DNA of 64,000 nucleotides from a virus. The position numbers and the translations under genes were made by a program. This document shows, piece after piece, positions 54,506-63,973 of the stretch. The stretch covers positions 1 to 64,000 of IMG/VR virus record IMGVR_UViG_3300031746_000003; one strand, written 5' to 3'. Each line of letters begins with the position of its first letter. Within the stretch, counting starts at the first letter, position 1. Under the pieces are notes generated by a model. The model saw only the letters and a program-made list of their open reading frames with translations. It made no database searches and was not told where the DNA came from.

Positions 54506-56956
54506 ATGAACGCTTTTGACCGGCTCAGTTACTCTATCCCACTGGCTGATGCTTCTTCTTTTTTCATCAAGTTGAAGACAGCAGCAGTTACAGACCCGCC
54601 TGACGAGACTGGTATGCTTGAGGGCGAGTTCGAAGCCCCAGTAGAAGAAGTCATAGGGGTCATGAAAGAGCTCGTTGAGAACGAGTTCAAGACCATGGTG
54701 GCTTACCACGTCTATGCTAATAGCCTTCGTGATTTGGCTCACAGCAGTATTGCTGAAGAGTTTGAGGAGCACGCTGAGAAGGAACTAGAGCATGCGAATT
54801 ATCTTCTTCGCCGCATGTCTGTACTTGGTGGGCCGATTCAGATCGGGGAGATAGAGCCACCTCCTGCCTCCTCTGAGGCTACTGACATCATCCAGACAAT
54901 GATTCGGTACGAGCAAGAGGGTATTGCCAAGTGGAAGATTCTCCACTCCATGATGGGGGAGAACCCATCTAAGTACGACATCGAGCAGTTCCTCACCAAT
55001 GAGCTTCATCATCTTGATGAGCTCTGGCAGCTACTGCCGCAAGAGGCTCACCAGCCGGTACTACATGGTAAGGCCCTCCCAGGTATGCCAGGTGACCCAA
55101 TGGCTCAGCCACTGGCAGCACCAGTTGAGCCAGCTAGCACTGAAAGTATTCCTGCGCCTACTGATCAGGCGGGTAAGACAGCTGCTAGTATAGATTGGGC
55201 AGATAAGAAGTTAGTAGCTGCTGCTGACAAGGTGTTTAAGCGTACTGGTAAGAAACCCTATACGTTAAACATGGCGGAAGACGCCTCCAAATTAACAGGC
55301 TCGTTGAAAGCGCAGCATACTCAGGCGGGTAAGACTCATCGTACGTCATCTCCACATAATCGTTCGGCTATTCGTGCACAAGTAAAAGAGATACGTGAGA
55401 AGAGCGCAGCTGCTGTCAAGATGCGCTTTAGTTTAGCGCTCCATAAGCTGGCTGATGGTGAGATTGGTGGAGCAGCTACTGAGGGTGCGCAGATGTCTGC
55501 GCCCACACCGGCTAAGACGATGCCCACAAACTACCTGGCAGCAGAGCAGATAGCTCAGCAGGCCCAGAATATGAACGAGTCTACGTTCTACCGCCAGCAA
55601 CTAGAGACGCAGAAGCTGCAGGCTCAGGCAGCTCAGCAGCAGGCAGAGCAGCAAGCTCAGCAGCTATCTGAGATGCAGAATCAGGTAGCTATCAGTGGTA
55701 CTGAGGCTCAGGCGGCATCACAGCAGGCGTTGCAGTCTCAGCAGGAGGCTACTCAGTCAGCTCAGATGTCAGCCAACATGCGGCTAGGGCTAGAGCGTAT
55801 GAGGACCCAGCTTATGGATCTGGCTGCTCAAGATCCGGCTACTCCTCAGACCCCAGTACAGGGACAATCCATGCAGCAACAGCAGGTTGACCAGGCTGCT
55901 GCAGCTGGTGACCCTAATGCTGTCGCTCAGCAACAGGCTAACCAGGGCATGGCTCTAGACCCAGGCACAGCTCAGTCCGGTGTTGATAGCGGCATCGGTG
56001 GTGAGAGCTCTGGTGGTACTGGTGGTTCGCAAGGACCAGCTGTAGCTGCTGAAGGCGCACAAGGAGCTCCAGGTGCAGCTCCACCAGCTGGTGCAGCTCC
56101 ACAGAATGCCAACGCTACCGGCACTCCGCCTACGGCAGCTACGACAACGCCAGCTACTAACCTCAGCGTCAAAGTAGGCTCTGCTCTTACAGAAGCAGCC
56201 AGAGACAAGATCAAGACTAAGAACTTTGCGCTCTCTGCAAAGCAGTCAGATACCGGTGCACCTAAGTACCCGATTGAAGATCGCCGTCACGCAGCCAATG
56301 CCCTTAGCCGTGTAGGTCAATTCGGTTCTCCTAAGGAGAAGGCTGAGGTTTACAAGGACGTGGCCAGGAAGTACCCAGACCTTGCTCGGCACAGTGATAT
56401 ACCAGCAGTGAAGGCAAAGGCTAAGCACGCTAGTAAGTACCACGCTGGTTACCCCAAGTTTCTTAAGAGGTATAGTGAGGGGCTAACCGGTGAGAAGGTA
56501 CGCGATCTAAAGGGTACACGGGACACGGTTAAGAACAAGCTAGAGAAATCCCACGTACTAAAGACTAGAGGTGGTACTGCAGCAGCTGTAGTTGCGCCTA
56601 TTGTTGGGAAGAAGCTACACGATAAGCGTAAGGCGAATAACGACAAGCTCGCTGGTGTAGCGGGTGCTATCGGTGGAGCAGCTCTTGGTGGTATGGGTGG
56701 CTTACTAGAAGCCCACACGGCTAACCCAGAAGCCATGAACCAACGCGTTCACGAGCTAGAGGCCAGGGACAGAGGCACCTTTGGTGATGCTCTCTCTATC
56801 GCTAAGGCGAAGATGAGAGCTTCCATGGGTGAGCTTTCTCACGCGCATCCAGGGGCAGCTATGCTTACAGGTGCAGCTATCGGTGGGGTAACTGGGCATC
56901 ACATAGAGTCTCAGCTACCTGGGATTATGCAGAACATAAAAGAACTGAGGAGCTGA
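54506..56956 (+). CDS. multi-module head polyprotein: ferritin-like domain, Gln-rich coil, DUF6582-like domain, Gly zippers
   Basis: ENE..AY...EKELEHA...YEQE...NELHH diiron pattern; KYPIEDRRHAANAL; GAIGGAALGGMGG. Confidence 0.75.
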   Translation: MNAFDRLSYSIPLADASSFFIKLKTAAVTDPPDETGMLEGEFEAPVEEVIGVMKELVENEFKTMVAYHVYANSLRDLAHSSIAEEFEEHAEKELEHANYLLRRMSVLGGPIQIGEIEPPPASSEATDIIQTMIRYEQEGIAKWKILHSMMGENPSKYDIEQFLTNELHHLDELWQLLPQEAHQPVLHGKALPGMPGDPMAQPLAAPVEPASTESIPAPTDQAGKTAASIDWADKKLVAAADKVFKRTGKKPYTLNMAEDASKLTGSLKAQHTQAGKTHRTSSPHNRSAIRAQVKEIREKSAAAVKMRFSLALHKLADGEIGGAATEGAQMSAPTPAKTMPTNYLAAEQIAQQAQNMNESTFYRQQLETQKLQAQAAQQQAEQQAQQLSEMQNQVAISGTEAQAASQQALQSQQEATQSAQMSANMRLGLERMRTQLMDLAAQDPATPQTPVQGQSMQQQQVDQAAAAGDPNAVAQQQANQGMALDPGTAQSGVDSGIGGESSGGTGGSQGPAVAAEGAQGAPGAAPPAGAAPQNANATGTPPTAATTTPATNLSVKVGSALTEAARDKIKTKNFALSAKQSDTGAPKYPIEDRRHAANALSRVGQFGSPKEKAEVYKDVARKYPDLARHSDIPAVKAKAKHASKYHAGYPKFLKRYSEGLTGEKVRDLKGTRDTVKNKLEKSHVLKTRGGTAAAVVAPIVGKKLHDKRKANNDKLAGVAGAIGGAALGGMGGLLEAHTANPEAMNQRVHELEARDRGTFGDALSIAKAKMRASMGELSHAHPGAAMLTGAAIGGVTGHHIESQLPGIMQNIKELRS

Positions 56957-56958
56957 TC

Positions 56959-58632
56959 ATGCTCGATACATTTTTGAAGGTTGCCTACGACCACGAGAAG
57001 ACCGCTGCTGGTAAGGAGTACACGGTTGACCTTCTAAAGCAGCTCCCTAATGACTACCTACAGGCGCTTGCGTCTGGCGAGGTAAAGCTAGCGCATCTTA
57101 GCTGCGGTTCTGGTGGGGACTACGAGTGGCTAGAGAAGTTCAAGGGTTCTCCTCTATTCGACCAGGCGCTGCAGCTAGAGCAGAAGACCTTGGAAATGGA
57201 CCTACAGAAGCAGCAGACGAACAACGAGCGTCGTCAGATGTGGGACCAGCAGGACCAGGAGATGGACCAGCTGCGCATCCAGAAGAAGCTGCTAGATCTA
57301 CAGCTCGTTCAACAAGAGGGTCAGACTGCCGCCGGTGGTATGCCCGCAGCTGAGGGTGCACCTCCTGAACTCCCAGTAGAAGCTGCTCCACCCGAGGCAG
57401 CTCCTCCTGGTCCACCAGCAGCTGCCGCTAACCCTGTTTCTGTGAAGGTGGGCTCCATAAGTAAGACAGCTCTAACTGCTGCTGATGTGTATCGTCGGGT
57501 GAATAATGCAGCCATTAACGCGAGTCCAAAGCGTCTTAATAACTTCGGCAAGAGGATGGATATCGCACACGATATGGCTGTAGGAGATAACGTAGCTAAA
57601 GGGCTAGCGCACCCATCGTCAGCAGGCTCTGCTTCTAAGTATTGGGATGCTGGGACCGCTGCTAACTATGCGGAAAGAGCAAAGAGGCAGGGTTTACCGG
57701 TAAAACGGATGGAGAAGGGTGGTGCCGCTAGTTCTAAGGACAAAGTTACGGCGAAAGACCGTATGCACGCTGGCGCTCGGGGGGCAGCAGTTGGCGGTAC
57801 TCTTGGGGCTGTTGCACATGAGGTTAACCGACGTATTACGGGGACTAAATCTCATAAGGGGTTAGTCCCAAACGTTGCTGAAAAAGCCATTGTCATTGGG
57901 GGTTTAGCTGCTGCCCTAGCTAAGTCACGTAAGGAAAAGACCTCCGCTGAGCACGAGAAGCACCGCGCAACTAAGCAGGTAGCTTCTTTAGCTGCTCTCC
58001 CTGCCCTAGGAGCAGCGACTGGCGCAGGTGGCAGGGCACTTCTTTCCTTAGGAGTCAAGGATACCGAGCCGTTAACTGCCAAGGCGGTCAAAGCACTTGG
58101 TGAGGCTGTGCCTTCTGCTAAGGAGCAGCTCAAGAACCTTCTGAAGAACCAGAAGGCGAAACCAGGAGACCTGGCGCACAAGGTCATTCGTGGGGCTGGT
58201 GTTGGTGGTGCTATTGGTCTAGGCGCTGCTGGGGCTATAGGTGCTACGCAGCTGATCCACCATGGAGACACCGAGGGGCATATCACAGGTGCTATGAAGC
58301 GCCGCCGAGAAGCAGCTGAGAGTTTTGCTAAATCTCATAGTGTTAAGGAGGGCAGCAAGGTTGCTAGTAGCCCCATGCTAAACGCCATGCGGAGTCTAAG
58401 AAGTGCGTGGGGTATCGAGAAGGACAGTGCAGCAGCCCCAGCTGTAGACCCGCACCTTGGTATGAAGCTAAAGGACGCACCACAAGCCGCTTTAAATGCA
58501 GTGCAGTACGGCACACATGCGGCTGGTGACTGGGTAGGTAAGAATCCAAAGGCTGCTCTTGGTGGTGCAGCTCTACTTGCTGGTGGCGCGTTGCTGGGAA
58601 GAGCTAGTAAAGACGACCGTCCAAGGTACTGA
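56959..58632 (+). CDS. multi-module head polyprotein with several Gly-zipper peptides
   Basis: FLKVAYDHEKTAA; segments GAAVGGTLG, ALGAATGAGG, GAGVGGAIGLG, ALGGAALLAGG separated by KxA/KxG. Confidence 0.65.
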   Translation: MLDTFLKVAYDHEKTAAGKEYTVDLLKQLPNDYLQALASGEVKLAHLSCGSGGDYEWLEKFKGSPLFDQALQLEQKTLEMDLQKQQTNNERRQMWDQQDQEMDQLRIQKKLLDLQLVQQEGQTAAGGMPAAEGAPPELPVEAAPPEAAPPGPPAAAANPVSVKVGSISKTALTAADVYRRVNNAAINASPKRLNNFGKRMDIAHDMAVGDNVAKGLAHPSSAGSASKYWDAGTAANYAERAKRQGLPVKRMEKGGAASSKDKVTAKDRMHAGARGAAVGGTLGAVAHEVNRRITGTKSHKGLVPNVAEKAIVIGGLAAALAKSRKEKTSAEHEKHRATKQVASLAALPALGAATGAGGRALLSLGVKDTEPLTAKAVKALGEAVPSAKEQLKNLLKNQKAKPGDLAHKVIRGAGVGGAIGLGAAGAIGATQLIHHGDTEGHITGAMKRRREAAESFAKSHSVKEGSKVASSPMLNAMRSLRSAWGIEKDSAAAPAVDPHLGMKLKDAPQAALNAVQYGTHAAGDWVGKNPKAALGGAALLAGGALLGRASKDDRPRY

Positions 58633-59537
58633 TGCCCGTCCCGCTGGTAGTTAAAGAGTTAAAGATCCGCTCGTTAGACGCAGACTTCAACGAAATATCG
58701 TGGAAGCTGGAGTCTACGAGTGAGGACGTGCTCGACTACACCTTTCAGGTTACTCGTTCAGAGGGTGCCGAGGGGCCCTACGACGCAATATCTCCGTTGA
58801 TGGACGACACTTATATCTTCATCGACAATATGGTGAAGATCGGGCATCGCTACCGACATAACTTCTACAAGCTGGTCATCACCCAGAAGTCTTCTGGAGA
58901 CACTTCTGAGTTTGGTCCTGAGGAGAAAGAGGCGGAGCCAGATCTAATAGCTCTAGAACTGCGGAAGCATATGAACCTGCTTTTCCGTGAGTTCGCTGGG
59001 CGTAGGTGCTGGGTGCTGCCTGTTAGAACCTTTGGTCAACGCTGCGGGTGTTGGAATGCCACACTGCAAAAGCGTACGCGTTCCGGTTGCCGTACTTGTT
59101 ACGACACAGGTTTTATTCGTGGGTACATGCACCCAATAGAGACCTGGTTACAGATAGATCCTAGTCCCGCCAACGAGACGACTACTAATGTAGGCCCTAT
59201 CCATCAGAACAACACTACTGCTCGGCTAGGCTACTACCCTTCGTTAAAGCCTCGTGATCTTATCATTGAGCCAGAGAACCGCAGGTGGCGAGTTACTCAG
59301 GTAGGTGCTACTGAGCAGTTACGTTCTCCGGTACACCAAGAGATACAGATTCACGAGGTACCCCAGACCGACATAGAGTTTTTGATACCTCTGCAGTTAG
59401 ATCAGGCTCTACGGGATGTGTTCTTCTCTCCTGCTAGGAACTTCACGAATCCGTACACGTTAGAGAACTTCGAGAACGAAGAGATCCCTAAGATCTACAA
59501 TCTGTACTACTCTAGCTACCCACCAGTGAAGTCATGA
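58632..59537 (+). CDS. neck/head-completion protein with Zn motif
   Basis: N-terminal Fn3-like beta domain; CGC...CRTCYDTGF; PRDLIIE...RWRV. Confidence 0.55.
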   Translation: MPVPLVVKELKIRSLDADFNEISWKLESTSEDVLDYTFQVTRSEGAEGPYDAISPLMDDTYIFIDNMVKIGHRYRHNFYKLVITQKSSGDTSEFGPEEKEAEPDLIALELRKHMNLLFREFAGRRCWVLPVRTFGQRCGCWNATLQKRTRSGCRTCYDTGFIRGYMHPIETWLQIDPSPANETTTNVGPIHQNNTTARLGYYPSLKPRDLIIEPENRRWRVTQVGATEQLRSPVHQEIQIHEVPQTDIEFLIPLQLDQALRDVFFSPARNFTNPYTLENFENEEIPKIYNLYYSSYPPVKS

Positions 59538-59869
59538 TATCCGTACGTCACTACCTACCAGAGTACGCTGACAGCTTTGCCAAGTTAGCTGGGGTATTGC
59601 CAGCTACCGTAGCTAAGAAGCCTGACAGCCAGCTTAAGCGAACGCTTCAGACAGCGGCTAAGGGAGCTCTTGGTATTGGGCTAGGTACTGCCGCAGGTTT
59701 TGGTATTGGGGCAGCTACTGATGCTATAGCTCGCGGGCTTAGTGGCAAGCCTTCTGGCATACCTGAGTTCAAGTATATCGTTCCTGTGTTAACTGCCGGG
59801 ATGCTGGTGTCTAAGGCTTTGTGGCAAGCTAAGGAACAGGAGGCTCTACGTGGCAGGAAAGATCGTTGA
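59534..59869 (+). CDS. small Gly-zipper protein with KxA leader
   Basis: DSFAKLAG; GIGLGTAAGFGIG. Confidence 0.55.
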   Translation: MISVRHYLPEYADSFAKLAGVLPATVAKKPDSQLKRTLQTAAKGALGIGLGTAAGFGIGAATDAIARGLSGKPSGIPEFKYIVPVLTAGMLVSKALWQAKEQEALRGRKDR

Positions 59870-60755
59870 GACCAACCCGAACAGGGGTTTCCCTGATTCG
59901 AGCTTCAGGTATACACCCCTGCAGCATTTGCGTGTCTTGATGACTGCTTTTGCCCAGGGCATCTTTGCGGAGGCTCCTCCTGGTTTTTACCACTGGACTC
60001 CGGACATGAGCTCTACAGAGATCGTCATCACAGACGAGTCTCCCATCCATGTAGAGAAGGTAGGGCAGCGCCCGGCTATCACGTTCACGCGTGGCCCGGT
60101 GCAGTTCTACTCGCTTGGCATGGACGACATGTATAAGTACGACTTCGACACGGACCGTAAGACAAAGGTTGTCTTGGTCCCTGGCACGATGATCGTTAAC
60201 TGTTGCTCTCGTGTAGATATCGAGAGTGAGAACATTGCCTGGACATTCACGGAGCACATCTGGCTGCTACGTGACCGGCTAATGAAAGAGGGCTTCTTCG
60301 AGATAGGCAGGCAGCCTGGGATAGGCGCCCCTTCTCCAGCTGGTTCTATTGTGGCCGGTGACGGTGGTGACGAGTGGTTTGTTACTGCGGTAACAATCCC
60401 ATTCCAGTTCGGAAGGAAGTCCGCGTTTACCCCACTAGGTCAGCGGATCGTAAAGAACATAGAGCAGAAGCTGGATGTGGTGCACAACAGGGTAGCATCC
60501 CAGGGGTACCCGGATGCCCTCATAGACCTACCGATAAATATTCATACGTGTCCACCACCCCCATTTTCTCCAGCATCTGACGCACATGGGCGATCACCGG
60601 ACCCAGCTGGCGTAGCTGTAGCTGGCCCACAAGCTCAACCAGATCCATTAAACCCCGCTACTAGGCGGGTTATACGCAGTGTTCATCCTAATAGGCCATT
60701 TAGGTCTGCCTCCATGAGAGGTGTGCCTATTCCTATAAAAGACCCATGCGTGTAA
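59850..60755 (+). CDS. putative tail terminator/completion protein
   Basis: QRPAITFTRG...NCCSRVDIESENIA; upstream of the sheath. Confidence 0.5.
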   Translation: MAGKIVETNPNRGFPDSSFRYTPLQHLRVLMTAFAQGIFAEAPPGFYHWTPDMSSTEIVITDESPIHVEKVGQRPAITFTRGPVQFYSLGMDDMYKYDFDTDRKTKVVLVPGTMIVNCCSRVDIESENIAWTFTEHIWLLRDRLMKEGFFEIGRQPGIGAPSPAGSIVAGDGGDEWFVTAVTIPFQFGRKSAFTPLGQRIVKNIEQKLDVVHNRVASQGYPDALIDLPINIHTCPPPPFSPASDAHGRSPDPAGVAVAGPQAQPDPLNPATRRVIRSVHPNRPFRSASMRGVPIPIKDPCV

Positions 60756-60817
60756 GAATCTTGTTGTGATTCACCACACTCCGAGCATAGCGAAGTTTTT
60801 CGTGAAAGGAGCCGCCA

Positions 60818-63800
60818 ATGGCTGCTGAACTCCCCCGCCCAGGGGTCGAAGTAATCCAGGTTTTCCGGACCACCTCCCCAACGGTGATCACCCCCACGCT
60901 CACGCCTTGCGTGGTCGGCGTAGCCAAGCAGATTGTTGATGTTCTGGTGCCAACGGGCTCTGGTAGCAACACGCTGAACACGGCGGCGTTGATTAACATG
61001 CCTGGCTTCTTCATCTCGAAGGATGCCGTTGGTGACCCGCCTATCTACAGCATTCTTGACGGCGATGCGTTTAGCATTTCCGTAAATGGTGGTGCAGATA
61101 TCACACTAGAGTTCTCTGACCTAGCGGCAGCTGGTCTTTCCCCAGCAGATATCGTTGCTCAGGTAAACGAGCAGCTGCTGGCGCAGAACGTCTCTAGCAT
61201 TCGCGCTACCCAGGTTGGAGATCTAACTTGGCGCCTAGCCACAGTTGGTCTTGGGGAGTTCCAGTACATCACCATACTAGACGCTGACGCTTCGGTGCTC
61301 AGCGCCTTTGGTATCGGCATAGGCAAGACCTACGCCGGTCTGGACAACTACAACCAGCTCATTGCTGAGATTCCTCAGGCAAACTTTCCAGACCCACGTA
61401 GCAATCTTTCGCAGTTGGCTATCGAGAACGATTCTATCCGAGTCTTTCTAGCGACCGGTAACGGAGCCAACCTACTAGAGACCAGCCGCACGTCAGCGTT
61501 CTGCCGTAATGGAGCTACCAGCAAGGTAGTTGTTACAGGTATTACGGACATTGCACTATTAGCCTTGTACGGCGGTGCGGGTACATTGGACACCACCGTA
61601 CTCAACATGTCCATAAATGGTGCGACGTCACCAACAGCACTGACCTTTGTAGGCCTTACAAACGCCTTAAATGAAGCAGCTATGTTGGCGGCTATCACGG
61701 CTACTTTCCCTGGTGTAGTAGCCAGCTTTGTAGCCGTGGGCCCAGTGCACAACCTTGTACTCACCACGACCATCAGTGGAGCACCTGCTCAGATTCGCAT
61801 CTTTGCTGGTACTGCCAACGCGATTCTGGGTCTCTCAGTGTCTGACACAGTGGGTGGAACTATCTCTGCTGTCGATGACGGCAATGGAGACACAGTTACT
61901 CCATTGATAGAGTTCGGTGGGTACACCCCACAGGCCTTTACGGTTACGCCTACCCAAGCGGTACTAACTGCGTCTTCTGCACTCACACTACCACCAGCAG
62001 CGGGCTCGACACTTATACTGAATGGTGGAGACCAGACACAGACGATCACCTTTGATGGTACTGAGGTACTAGCTGCTGCGGTACATGCGGCTATCAATGC
62101 CGTAGTTGGACCTGCCGCTGGTGGTCACATCACTGCAAGTGGGGCTACTCTAGTTCTTACCCACGACCGTTTTGGGACGGACAGTGTGATCAACATTGTC
62201 GGTGGTACAGCGCTAGCGACTAGCCTAGACCCCGGTGTAACACCGACTATTGTAGCTGGGGCTACGAAGCGCGGAATTGTGTCTAAGCCGGAGGCGGGTG
62301 ACTCGCTCTACTTAGATGGTTCGTTCTACGCGACCATTCTTCAGGTAGCACCTGGCCTTGTTACCAGCCGCGTGAAGATCGACCGACAGGTGCCAATTAA
62401 GGCTGACCTAGCGCAGACCTTCTACATCGTTGCCAACAACCTGCCTGGTATAGCAAGCAGGCCGCTACCGGAGCTAACCATCACCCTAAATGGGGACGTG
62501 GTTATCAAGCAGGAGCTCCTCAGGGAGATCACGGGCACCTCTGTAGGTACTCTACGAGCTCCTATCTACCTGGCGTACAAGGCCGTTCGTAAGGACGTTA
62601 CCTCGGCAGCTACCTCCCCTGGTCTCCTACGGTACGACAACACGACCACGCTTACTCAGGACCTCAGCCCGATTAACGTGTCCAACCCACTTGCCCTTGG
62701 GTTGTTCTTCGCTCTTCTCAATGCCCCAGGTGCTCAGGTTACTGGCATCGGTGTTGACGAGGTTAGCGCAGACTCCCCGTACGGCACAGTCGAAGGGTTC
62801 ACGCGAGCGGCTGAGTACCTTGAGAACTTCGAGGTCTACGCAATCGCTCCGCTGACCCACGACGATACGGTTGGCCAGGTGTACAACACCCACATCACGG
62901 TGATGAGCTCCCCCGCTAACAAGGGTGAGCGCATTGCTATCTGGAACCCGGCTACGCCAACCAAGAAGCTAGACACACTAGTTGCGTCTGGCTCTGATGG
63001 TAATAGCTCAGGTCCCAGCGGTACTCTGTTCGATACTGGTGTAGCTAACCTGTCTGCCCTTCTGCTGAACGCAGGGGTAAACCCGGTTGGTACGATACCG
63101 GTATCGAAGGGTGTGTTCCTGGACATCGCCAGTGACAGCAAGCACTACTCGGTGCAGTCTATCTCGGGCGCTACCGTCACCATCAGGACAGTGTTTGGTC
63201 CTGGTGAGAACACGGATGCTTTCTACTCCACTACTGACCTGAACACTCCCCCTCTGCCAGCCTCGCTTATAGAGGAAGCGTTTAGTGTTAAGGTCCGTGG
63301 AGCAGCACTCGCTACGGTATCAGGTATGCCTGACCGTAACGGTATTGCGGCCACCGTAACCGGCATTGGCCAGTCCTTCCTGAACCGCAGGTTCTGGATG
63401 ACCTTCCCTGACAAAGCGGGTGCTGTCATAGAGGGCACTGACCAGATCGTGGAGGGCTTCTACATGAACGCGGCTATCGCGGGCATGATTGGCCAGCAGC
63501 CTCCTCAGCAGTCCTTCACGAACTTCCCGATGACTGGGTTCACCCGAGTCATTGGATCGAGTGAAGTCTACTCGGAGCGTCAGCTGAACCAGATGGCTGC
63601 AGGTGGCGCGTACATCATCGTGCAGGACTTCATCGGAGCTCCGCTCATCGCCCGGATGGCTCTCACCACGGACCTCACGTCTGTGGAGACCCGTACGGAC
63701 TCCATCACGAAGGTTGTCGACTTCACCGCGAAGTTCCTGCGCAAGTCGCTCAAGAACTTCATTGGTAGGTTCAACATCACCCAGGGTCTACTGGACAGCC

Positions 63801-63973
63801 TTGGTACTGTTATCCAGGGTTCTCTAGGGTTCCTCATCGAGCACGGCATCCTCATCGGTGGGCAGCTGAACAACATTGTTCAGGACGAGACTGCTCCTGA
63901 CACGGTGCTTATCGATATCACCCTGGATGTTCCATATCCCTGCAACTACATCCGTCTGACCCTATTCATCTGA
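60818..63973 (+). CDS. contractile tail sheath protein with inserted domains
   Basis: N-terminal RPGVEV and C-terminal PDTVLIDITLDVPYPCNYIRLTL sheath signatures; 1051 aa. Confidence 0.85.
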   Translation: MAAELPRPGVEVIQVFRTTSPTVITPTLTPCVVGVAKQIVDVLVPTGSGSNTLNTAALINMPGFFISKDAVGDPPIYSILDGDAFSISVNGGADITLEFSDLAAAGLSPADIVAQVNEQLLAQNVSSIRATQVGDLTWRLATVGLGEFQYITILDADASVLSAFGIGIGKTYAGLDNYNQLIAEIPQANFPDPRSNLSQLAIENDSIRVFLATGNGANLLETSRTSAFCRNGATSKVVVTGITDIALLALYGGAGTLDTTVLNMSINGATSPTALTFVGLTNALNEAAMLAAITATFPGVVASFVAVGPVHNLVLTTTISGAPAQIRIFAGTANAILGLSVSDTVGGTISAVDDGNGDTVTPLIEFGGYTPQAFTVTPTQAVLTASSALTLPPAAGSTLILNGGDQTQTITFDGTEVLAAAVHAAINAVVGPAAGGHITASGATLVLTHDRFGTDSVINIVGGTALATSLDPGVTPTIVAGATKRGIVSKPEAGDSLYLDGSFYATILQVAPGLVTSRVKIDRQVPIKADLAQTFYIVANNLPGIASRPLPELTITLNGDVVIKQELLREITGTSVGTLRAPIYLAYKAVRKDVTSAATSPGLLRYDNTTTLTQDLSPINVSNPLALGLFFALLNAPGAQVTGIGVDEVSADSPYGTVEGFTRAAEYLENFEVYAIAPLTHDDTVGQVYNTHITVMSSPANKGERIAIWNPATPTKKLDTLVASGSDGNSSGPSGTLFDTGVANLSALLLNAGVNPVGTIPVSKGVFLDIASDSKHYSVQSISGATVTIRTVFGPGENTDAFYSTTDLNTPPLPASLIEEAFSVKVRGAALATVSGMPDRNGIAATVTGIGQSFLNRRFWMTFPDKAGAVIEGTDQIVEGFYMNAAIAGMIGQQPPQQSFTNFPMTGFTRVIGSSEVYSERQLNQMAAGGAYIIVQDFIGAPLIARMALTTDLTSVETRTDSITKVVDFTAKFLRKSLKNFIGRFNITQGLLDSLGTVIQGSLGFLIEHGILIGGQLNNIVQDETAPDTVLIDITLDVPYPCNYIRLTLFI

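Noticed and set aside
51057-56956. Cellular encapsulin-ferritin operon
   Set aside because: Portal, terminase, protease, neck and sheath genes show a real virion; only the analogy is retained
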